Source: Crocinitomicaceae bacterium
GTDB taxonomy: Bacteria > Bacteroidota > Bacteroidia > Flavobacteriales_D > Parvicellaceae
Direction: 5' to 3'
Assembly: GCA_042093455.1 (NCBI GenBank)
Contig: JBELEU010000002.1
Coordinates: 1-41,306, forward strand
DNA length: 41,306 nucleotides
Part shown: in pieces, positions 34,986-41,306 of the stretch
Position numbering within the stretch: position 1 is the first letter of the stretch
Layout of the letters: every line of letters begins with the position of its first letter
Made by a program: the position numbers and the translations under genes
Notes under the pieces: generated by a model
What the model was told of the DNA's origin: nothing
The model's input: only the letters and a program-made list of their open reading frames with translations
The model's database searches: none

Positions 34986-35324
34986 ATGAATACTTTATCT
35001 ATCACATCTTACCCAAAACAAGAACTTCCTAAACTTGGCGTGTTAACTCAATTGGTTGAATTAAGCAGGCATGATTATATCTATATCAAGGATAAACTTA
35101 GTCCTGGTATTGAATTGGAAATAGTAAAAGACAAAACAAGACAATGGGACATTCAAGCAGTAGCCGTATTTTACAAAGGATTTAAACTTGGTTACTTAAG
35201 TCAGTCTATCAATAGAACTATTAATAAAATGATATTTAATTACGGTGACGTTAAAATTAAAGTTAAATCAGTTAATAAGACTGATGTTTTTAAAGGTTTA
35301 GATGTATTGATTGAAATACGATAA
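34986..35324 (+). CDS. Hypothetical protein (112 aa) with a HIRAN-like core
   Basis: The segment LSPGIELEIVKDKTRQWDIQAVAVFYKGFKLGYLSQSINRTINKMI fits the HIRAN pattern as I remember it (pG..l.L.re..N.yD.nAiaV....g..lGYl.r..a..l..l). Size matches standalone bacterial HIRAN proteins. Not verified by search. Confidence 0.5.
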   Translation: MNTLSITSYPKQELPKLGVLTQLVELSRHDYIYIKDKLSPGIELEIVKDKTRQWDIQAVAVFYKGFKLGYLSQSINRTINKMIFNYGDVKIKVKSVNKTDVFKGLDVLIEIR

Positions 35325-35331
35325 GGCCTTG

Positions 35332-36540
35332 CTATTTACTTAACCACAATGAAGGGTTAACAGTGTTCATACCTGTACTTGCAATTTTCCAAATTTCTAG
35401 ATGAGACTCAGAAACGCCATCGTCATTGATCAATAGTTTACCAATATTTTGTTTGGCACTTAAAAGTTCTCCTTTTGTAACAAAAACTTCTTGTAGATTA
35501 GCATATACAGTTCTGTATTCACCATGGCTAACCATTACGACTTTTCCTGCTCCAGGAATTATTAATACGCTTGTAACTTTTCCACCAAAAATAGATCTAA
35601 CATTAGCATTTTTTGTTGTTAAAATATCAACTCCATTGTTTTCAACAGTTGCAGTATTAACAAGGTGATGCCTATGCTTACCATACTTACTGCTTATTTC
35701 CCCTCTTTCAACTGGCCAACAAAGCCTTCCTTTGTTACTGTTGAAGCTTTTCGAAAGCTCCATTCCCTCAGGAGTTAAAGAGAATGTAGCTGTTTTACTT
35801 TTCTTAATTGTTGAACGAACTTCTTTCTCTATGGCTTTGCGAATTGCATTTGAAATTATTTTTCTTTTTTTAGAATGCTCATTCAATTGTTTTACCAGTA
35901 AGTTTTCATTTTGTTTTAATTCTTTAAGAGATAATTCTTGGGTTTTCTTATCATTTAAGTAATTCTCTTTTTCAGATTTTTTTGTTTCAATTAATAAAGA
36001 TTTTTTTTCTATTTCAGAGCTTAATAATTCTTTTTCAATGGCTAAATCAGTTTGGTTTTTTGTTATTCTTTCAATTTGTTTTTTTCTGTAATCTGCATAA
36101 TGTTGAATGTATTTCATTCTGTGAAATGCTTCAGAAAAACTAGAGGAAGATATTATATATAAATACTTGTAATTTGGATTTCTATTTTTGAATGCATACA
36201 TCAACATTTTTTGATATTCTTCTTTTAAAACACCTATAGTGTTTTCTAAAGAAATAACCTGCCTGTTTATTTCATGAATATTTTCATCTAATTTTCGAAG
36301 TTGAAAATTATAATTTGAAATCAACTTTTCTCTATAATTTATTTGAGTATTTATTATGCCAATATCTGTCAGAGTAAGTCTTTCAGAATTTTTAGTTTCC
36401 TTAATCAAAAGTTTTGTATTGGCTATTTTGGAGATTAATTTTTTTTCTTGAAGCTTGAGTTGATCACTCTTTTTTTGACCTACAGCACCAAAAGAAAAAA
36501 TAAAACAAAGAAATATTAATATGTGTTTTATTTTAATCAT
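35332..36540 (-). CDS. EnvC-like murein hydrolase activator (coiled coil plus degenerate LytM/M23 domain)
   Basis: 402 aa with a signal peptide and a roughly 230-aa coiled coil. The C-terminal M23-like domain has ENNGVD in place of HxGxD, YANL in place of YxHL, and SHLEIW in place of HLHFE. Confidence 0.8.
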   Translation of the reverse strand: MIKIKHILIFLCFIFSFGAVGQKKSDQLKLQEKKLISKIANTKLLIKETKNSERLTLTDIGIINTQINYREKLISNYNFQLRKLDENIHEINRQVISLENTIGVLKEEYQKMLMYAFKNRNPNYKYLYIISSSSFSEAFHRMKYIQHYADYRKKQIERITKNQTDLAIEKELLSSEIEKKSLLIETKKSEKENYLNDKKTQELSLKELKQNENLLVKQLNEHSKKRKIISNAIRKAIEKEVRSTIKKSKTATFSLTPEGMELSKSFNSNKGRLCWPVERGEISSKYGKHRHHLVNTATVENNGVDILTTKNANVRSIFGGKVTSVLIIPGAGKVVMVSHGEYRTVYANLQEVFVTKGELLSAKQNIGKLLINDDGVSESHLEIWKIASTGMNTVNPSLWLSK

Positions 36541-37349
36541 TCAATTATTAATGGGGTATATTTTGCAGAAACTTTAAATGGGAAATTTTGTTTTTCGTTT
36601 ATTTTCAAAGGAGATTTATATTGCAAGTCAAGTGAAACAGTATCACTCAAATTGGTGAAGTTGAAATTTACGTTCATGGGGAAATATTGTGTATTAATTT
36701 TTTCCCAATTGTTGTATGATATATTCATATTAGTTTCACTTTCCTTTACATACACAGCAATACTGTCACATTTGAGAAGTGTTGGATTTATCCAGTATTC
36801 AATTGTATAATTGTTTTCCATCAAACCATTATTTAAATTTTTAAATTCAAGATAGTACTTGTCCTCATTGATTTGAACATTTGTTTTTTTGCTTTTATTA
36901 ATACCTATCATTCTTCCAATTAGTATATCCTCAATCAATTCAAAAGATAATTCAATACCAAGTATTTTTTTCAATTCAATAAAAGATCCTGAAAAGTATT
37001 TTTTTTCTGGATACTTTATAAGGGCCCCAACTGAATCTTTTCCAACAAGGCTAGTTAATAGCTGAAAACTAGCTTTTGAAAAGTTCATCCATATAACACT
37101 GTCGTTTCTTAAACGAAAATTAGCTTTAATTCTCTCATTTTCTCCTTGTAAAACTATGTTGGCATCGCCCTTTAGCCTCAACCACTCAAAATCAAATTGA
37201 TTTTCATGAATTGAGTTAATTAACTTTTTAAAGGATAATGATTTAATTTCCTCATTATTATTTTGACGCGGCTTGATAATATTACAACTTATAAAAATTG
37301 TGAAAATAACAATTGCTATATAGTAGTTATTTGATAAATTTCTTATCAT
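36537..37349 (-). CDS. DUF4292-like lipoprotein (LolB-like fold suspected)
   Basis: 270 aa with a lipoprotein-like signal IFTIFISCN. Its position between a TPR protein and an M23 protein matches the conserved Bacteroidota arrangement I recall. It overlaps both neighbours (23 nt and 4 nt). Confidence 0.6.
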   Translation of the reverse strand: MIRNLSNNYYIAIVIFTIFISCNIIKPRQNNNEEIKSLSFKKLINSIHENQFDFEWLRLKGDANIVLQGENERIKANFRLRNDSVIWMNFSKASFQLLTSLVGKDSVGALIKYPEKKYFSGSFIELKKILGIELSFELIEDILIGRMIGINKSKKTNVQINEDKYYLEFKNLNNGLMENNYTIEYWINPTLLKCDSIAVYVKESETNMNISYNNWEKINTQYFPMNVNFNFTNLSDTVSLDLQYKSPLKINEKQNFPFKVSAKYTPLIIE

Positions 37350-39039
37350 TTATTTTAGTTTGAATTTTATCTGATGCACCACCTTTGTTTTTAGCTTTCT
37401 CCCAAAAAATAATAGCTTCTTCCTTTTTGTCTAAATGAAATAATACATCTCCATAATGCTCTAAAATTACACCATTCCCCTCAGTGCTATTATTTATTGC
37501 CTTGTTAATCCATATTTCTGCATTTTTAAAGTCTTTTTTGTTAAATAAAACCCAACCGTAGGTATCCAGAAAAGTAGGGTTTTTAGGGTAGTTTTTCAGT
37601 GCTTTTAAAATTAGTTCTTCAGCAAGAATTAGTTCTCTTTTTTGTTCGGCAAGGTAATAGCTATAATTATTTAGTAAAACAGGATTACTTGGATTATTTT
37701 TTACTGCATTTTGTAAATGAATGAAAGCCTTCTCAAAATCTTTAAGCTGATAATAAGCATCACCTATATGGTGTTCAAAATCACTAATTAACAAGGAGTC
37801 ATCTATAACAAGACTTATCCCATTTTTTAAGCTTGTAAGTGATTTGTCAAATTCTTTTATTGAAGATTGGGCAACTCCTAAAATTATATAGCTTAAAGGC
37901 TGGTTGGGATGATTAATTATGGCGTTTTTTGCATCTTCAATGACTTCTATGTAATTATTTTCTGCTAATTCAGAAGTCATTAATTGAGACCAAACTTCAA
38001 AGGGAATAGGATTAATAGCAAGAGATTTTCTTAAAAAAATACATGCAGTATCGTTTTTATTTTGTAAAAATTTTATGTCTGCATATAACAAGAAAGCATC
38101 GCTATTTTTATTGTGAAAAGCTAAAAACTGTTTTAAGAATAATTCAAGTTCTGAAATTTTAAAAGAACTATTTTTTTCATATGAAATTTGAAGCAGTATC
38201 TCTAATTTAATATTCTCGTTAATCTCATGTGAGTTCATTACTGCTATTAATTCTTTTACAGCCAAATCGTGCTGTTGAGATCGGTAATAATATTGAAATA
38301 ATGATAACCTAACTAAGCCATTAGTTGAGTCAATTGACATCATTTTCCGAAAAACTTTTAAGGCATCATCCTCATTACCTATAGTTTGGTAATACTCGCC
38401 TAAAATTCCATAATTTCTAATATCATCAGGATGAGAATTAACTAATTTTTTTAATTCGTTAAGTGCTTTTTTTCTCTTCTTTAAAAAAACCAATAACTGG
38501 TGTTTCTGAAGACTTAGATCTTGGCTAACTCCATTAATTTTTTCTATTTCATCAAAGGTTTTGAGTGCCTTTTTATATTTTTTATTTTCCATTTGACATT
38601 CAGCCAATGAAAATAAATATTCTGTTCTTTGTGGGTGGTTTTCAAACAATTTTTCAAAACAAAGACTAGCGCTTTGATAGTTTTTTAGTTTTCGATAAAA
38701 AACAGCAAGGTTTGCTAAATACCACTCGTTTTTAGGAGACATTTGAACAGCTTTTTGAGCTTGTTCAATAGCGAGGTACTTTTTATCCTCATCCCAATAA
38801 ATACCTGACATTTCAAAATAGCAAACCCCACTTTCAGGATTTAGTTCAAGGCAGACCTTAAATAAAGAGTCTGCAGTAAAATAATCACCGCTAATTTTAG
38901 CAGAAATAGCTTGAATAAGAATAGATGAAAATTTCGGTTCATCAAATGAAGTATTGTTTTTTGATTGACCGGTTACATTTTTAAAAATGAATAAAGATGC
39001 AATCGTAAACCAGACAAATATTTTTATTCTTGGTTTCAA
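37327..39039 (-). CDS. Secreted tetratricopeptide-repeat protein
   Basis: 570 aa with a signal peptide. It has many 34-residue TPR-like repeats (A..y...g.y..A...f.kal..nP). Confidence 0.85.
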   Translation of the reverse strand: MKPRIKIFVWFTIASLFIFKNVTGQSKNNTSFDEPKFSSILIQAISAKISGDYFTADSLFKVCLELNPESGVCYFEMSGIYWDEDKKYLAIEQAQKAVQMSPKNEWYLANLAVFYRKLKNYQSASLCFEKLFENHPQRTEYLFSLAECQMENKKYKKALKTFDEIEKINGVSQDLSLQKHQLLVFLKKRKKALNELKKLVNSHPDDIRNYGILGEYYQTIGNEDDALKVFRKMMSIDSTNGLVRLSLFQYYYRSQQHDLAVKELIAVMNSHEINENIKLEILLQISYEKNSSFKISELELFLKQFLAFHNKNSDAFLLYADIKFLQNKNDTACIFLRKSLAINPIPFEVWSQLMTSELAENNYIEVIEDAKNAIINHPNQPLSYIILGVAQSSIKEFDKSLTSLKNGISLVIDDSLLISDFEHHIGDAYYQLKDFEKAFIHLQNAVKNNPSNPVLLNNYSYYLAEQKRELILAEELILKALKNYPKNPTFLDTYGWVLFNKKDFKNAEIWINKAINNSTEGNGVILEHYGDVLFHLDKKEEAIIFWEKAKNKGGASDKIQTKINDKKFIK

Positions 39040-39048
39040 AATATCAAT

Positions 39049-39492
39049 TTATTTTTTTCCTGTACTTCCAAACCCACCTTCGCCTCTTTCGCTGTTACCT
39101 AATTCTTCAGAATTAATAAATAGAGGAAACTCATGTTTAGCAATGACCATTTGAGCTATTCTATCTCCGTTATTTACAATAAAGTTTTCATTGGAAAGAT
39201 TTACTAATATTACTCCAACATCTCCTCTATAATCAGAGTCAATTGTACCCGGAGAATTAAGAACAGAAACACCATTTTTAAAAGCTAAGCCACTTCTTGA
39301 TCTTACTTGCGCCTCATAGCCTATGGGTAATTCTATTTTAATCCCAGTTGGGATTAAACACCTTTCAAGAGGTCTTAGAACAATCGGTTCATTTATAAAA
39401 GCTCTTAAATCAGCTCCAGCAGATCCAATTGTTTCAAGTTTTGGATTTGGGTGACCTGAAATGTTAATTATACTAACGTTTATTTTATTCAT
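39049..39492 (-). CDS. dut: dUTP diphosphatase
   Basis: I prefer the ATG at 39492 (MNKINVSIIN...); the ORF-track extension to 39546 lies inside the upstream gene. Canonical dUTPase motifs are present: GSAGADL, RSRSGLAFKNGV, GTIDSDYRG, GDRIAQMVI and RGEGGFGSTG. Confidence 0.9.
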   Translation of the reverse strand: MNKINVSIINISGHPNPKLETIGSAGADLRAFINEPIVLRPLERCLIPTGIKIELPIGYEAQVRSRSGLAFKNGVSVLNSPGTIDSDYRGDVGVILVNLSNENFIVNNGDRIAQMVIAKHEFPLFINSEELGNSERGEGGFGSTGKK

Positions 39493-41014
39493 GAGATGTA
39501 TTTGGAATATTTTTTTTAAAAGGTTTCTCAACAACCAATACAGCAACTAAAAAACCAATTAAAAGTAATGTGTGATAACCATATTCTAGTACTGTATATT
39601 CAATTAGAGGATTAAATGGTAAGCTGATTGCAAAAAGTATTGAGCCTAACCCGATGTAGATGAAAAATTTCCATAATTTATAAGGAATAGTATAGTGTTT
39701 TTGTCCAAAGACATAACTTAAAATCATCATCGAGCCATAGCAAGCCAATGTGGCATAGGCTGATGCAATATATCCAAGTTTAGGAATGAAAACAAAATTT
39801 ATAGTCAAGGTTATTAATACACCAATACTTGAAATGTAAGCACCAAACATTGTTTTATCTGATAATTTGTACCAAATGGATAAACTCGTATAAACACCAA
39901 GAAATATATTGGCTCCTAACAAAATTGGTACAACGGCAAGACCATCCCAATAATCGGAGTTATTGATAAAGTACTTGAATATGTGTAAGTACAGTGTAAT
40001 TACTAAAAAAATAAAGACTAAAACAATTGTGAAGTAATTCATTACTTTGGCTAAAATTTCTTTTGATGATTTATTGGTTTCGTTTTTGAAAAAGAACGGT
40101 TCTGAAGCGTATCTAAAAGCTTGAATAAACATGCTTACAATCATAGTAATTTTATAGTTAGCTCCATAAATTCCATTTTTTGATTGAGCAAGTTCTAATG
40201 CATCTGTATTATTCATTCCCCGATCTAAGTACTGGTTGTATAAAATCTCTTTGAGCATTGCTCTATCAAGCGTTTCATTAACTACATAAGCAAGCCCCAC
40301 AAAAAGCATTGGGGTAGCATATTTGAGCATAGAGATAATGATAGAAAAGTCAAAACGACCTTTGAGATTTATTTCAGAGCTCAAGGCTAAAAATTTTACA
40401 ATACTTGATATTAGATTAGCGATAAATACATAGCCAACTCCAATTTCAGGATTATACAAATTATCAATGATCCAATTTGTTGTTCCAGCTTCATAGTTAG
40501 CCTTGCAATAAAGGATGAAAAAAAGATTTAAACTTATATTGACACCTACATTTAAAAAGTTAATCAATGCAAATTTCTTGGCTTTTTCTTTTAGTCTAAG
40601 TTGTGCTAATGGTATTGCTGAAACAGCATCTAGCCCGACTATCATTCCGAACCATATTATGTATTCTGAATGTTCAGGGTACTTAAGGAGATTTGCAATT
40701 TCTTGAGAAAAAAAACTAATTATTAAAATAAAAAAAGATGAAGTTGTGATTAAAGAAAATAAGGTATTGCTGTAAACCTGTTTAAAATCATGTTTTTTAG
40801 TTGTTGAAAAGCGAAACAATGCTGTTTCCATTCCATAGGTTAAAAGAATTACTAAAAAAGCTACATAAGCATACATTTCAGTTATAATCCCGTACTGTTC
40901 GGTTGAAAATTTAACAACATACAAAGGAGTAAGCAAGTAATTAAGAAACCTCCCAATTATACTGCTGGATCCATAAATCGCAGTTTGGCCTATGAGTTTT
41001 TTTATGCTAGACAA
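39485..41014 (-). CDS. MOP-superfamily oligosaccharide/polysaccharide flippase family membrane protein
   Basis: 509 aa with about 14 hydrophobic helices. The TTG start immediately follows the upstream stop. The N-terminus IYGSSSIIGRFLNYLLTPLY is typical of Wzx/polysaccharide biosynthesis family proteins. The 3' end overlaps dut by 8 nt. Confidence 0.8.
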   Translation of the reverse strand: MSSIKKLIGQTAIYGSSSIIGRFLNYLLTPLYVVKFSTEQYGIITEMYAYVAFLVILLTYGMETALFRFSTTKKHDFKQVYSNTLFSLITTSSFFILIISFFSQEIANLLKYPEHSEYIIWFGMIVGLDAVSAIPLAQLRLKEKAKKFALINFLNVGVNISLNLFFILYCKANYEAGTTNWIIDNLYNPEIGVGYVFIANLISSIVKFLALSSEINLKGRFDFSIIISMLKYATPMLFVGLAYVVNETLDRAMLKEILYNQYLDRGMNNTDALELAQSKNGIYGANYKITMIVSMFIQAFRYASEPFFFKNETNKSSKEILAKVMNYFTIVLVFIFLVITLYLHIFKYFINNSDYWDGLAVVPILLGANIFLGVYTSLSIWYKLSDKTMFGAYISSIGVLITLTINFVFIPKLGYIASAYATLACYGSMMILSYVFGQKHYTIPYKLWKFFIYIGLGSILFAISLPFNPLIEYTVLEYGYHTLLLIGFLVAVLVVEKPFKKNIPNTSHE

Positions 41015-41306
41015 TTAATAGTTAGGTTTTCTTTTTTCCATAAATGCAGAAGTTCCTTCTTTAAATTCATCACTTCCAAAACAATTTCCAAATTCTTCAA
41101 TTTCTTTATTGTAACCATCAACATCATTTTTGTATCCCGCATTAACAGCATTGATTGCAGCAGTTATTGCTTTTGGGGAATTTTGAGAGGAAGCTTTAGC
41201 TATTTTGATACATTTTGGCAACAAATCTTCTAAACTAACAACGTAATTAACCAAATGATGTTGTAAAGCTTCATCAGCATTCATCATTTTTGCAGTAGTA
41301 ATTAGC
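41015..41306 (-). CDS. Enoyl-CoA hydratase/isomerase (crotonase) family protein, C-terminal part only
   Basis: The reading frame stays open to the right window edge. The C-terminal sequence EIEEFGNCFGSDEFKEGTSAFMEKRKPNY is the characteristic crotonase-family tail. Confidence 0.8.
   Translation of the reverse strand, partial: LITTAKMMNADEALQHHLVNYVVSLEDLLPKCIKIAKASSQNSPKAITAAINAVNAGYKNDVDGYNKEIEEFGNCFGSDEFKEGTSAFMEKRKPNY

Noticed and set aside
4776-41233. Short ORFs in the six-frame track that lie inside longer, well-supported genes. They are 4776-4961, 7519-7716, 12442-12741, 15477-15773, 17797-18090, 18372-18557, 18985-19260, 22463-22684, 23291-23476, 23919-24101, 26944-27216, 27666-27893, 28680-28877, 33081-33317, 35426-35668, 35732-35962, 36523-36810, 40515-40706 and 40985-41233.
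   Set aside because: Each lies mostly or entirely within the antisense strand or an alternate frame of a gene with clear family motifs. Their translations are low-complexity or Leu/Phe/Ser-rich with no motifs. They are typical shadow ORFs of AT-rich coding DNA.
1-41306. CRISPR arrays, IS elements, rRNA, or large direct or inverted repeats.
   Set aside because: No regularly spaced repeats and no transposase-like ORFs were seen, and coding density leaves no room for them. A computational self-alignment (dot plot) would be needed to exclude short dispersed repeats.

Overview
This is a 41.3-kb, AT-rich, very gene-dense chromosomal segment. It reads as core genome of a Bacteroidota (Flavobacteriia-type) bacterium. 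The taxonomic clues are a GldH gliding lipoprotein, a PorZ-like protein, a cargo protein with the gliding-associated (type B) T9SS C-terminal domain, TAnnTTTG-type -7 promoter boxes, and the holB-PSP1-gldH and flippase-dut-TPR-DUF4292-M23 gene orders. I support about 41 CDS plus one speculative 36-codon ORF, and two tRNAs: a partial tRNA-Arg(TCG) at the left edge and a complete tRNA-Phe(GAA). I also call two convincing intrinsic terminators and a few low-confidence promoter boxes. I saw no rRNA, CRISPR array, transposase, integrase, phage gene or recognisable defence enzyme. Most genes are housekeeping (pheT, gpmI, hflX, dut, holB, tdh-like, aminotransferase, M20 dipeptidase) or cell-envelope genes. 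No large novel system is evident. The best candidates for a second look are listed here. (1) An orphan two-gene cassette at 34657-35324: an unknown 108-aa protein and a HIRAN-like 112-aa protein, preceded by an inverted repeat that abuts the start codon. (2) A secreted amidohydrolase pair (16295-20636) with three paralogous modules, only one of which keeps the HxH metal motif. (3) An EnvC-like protein with a degenerate LytM site at the end of a tightly overlapped five-gene envelope operon. (4) A 36-codon hydrophobic ORF that exactly fills an intergenic gap (10582-10692). (5) A divergent pheT / tRNA-Phe pair with mirrored identical promoter-like 10-mers. (6) A tRNA-Arg with an apparent G19->A / C56->U change in the elbow pair. 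(7) All six convergent gene junctions overlap or are separated by 7 nt or less. All family assignments come from reading motifs by eye and from memory, not from database searches.
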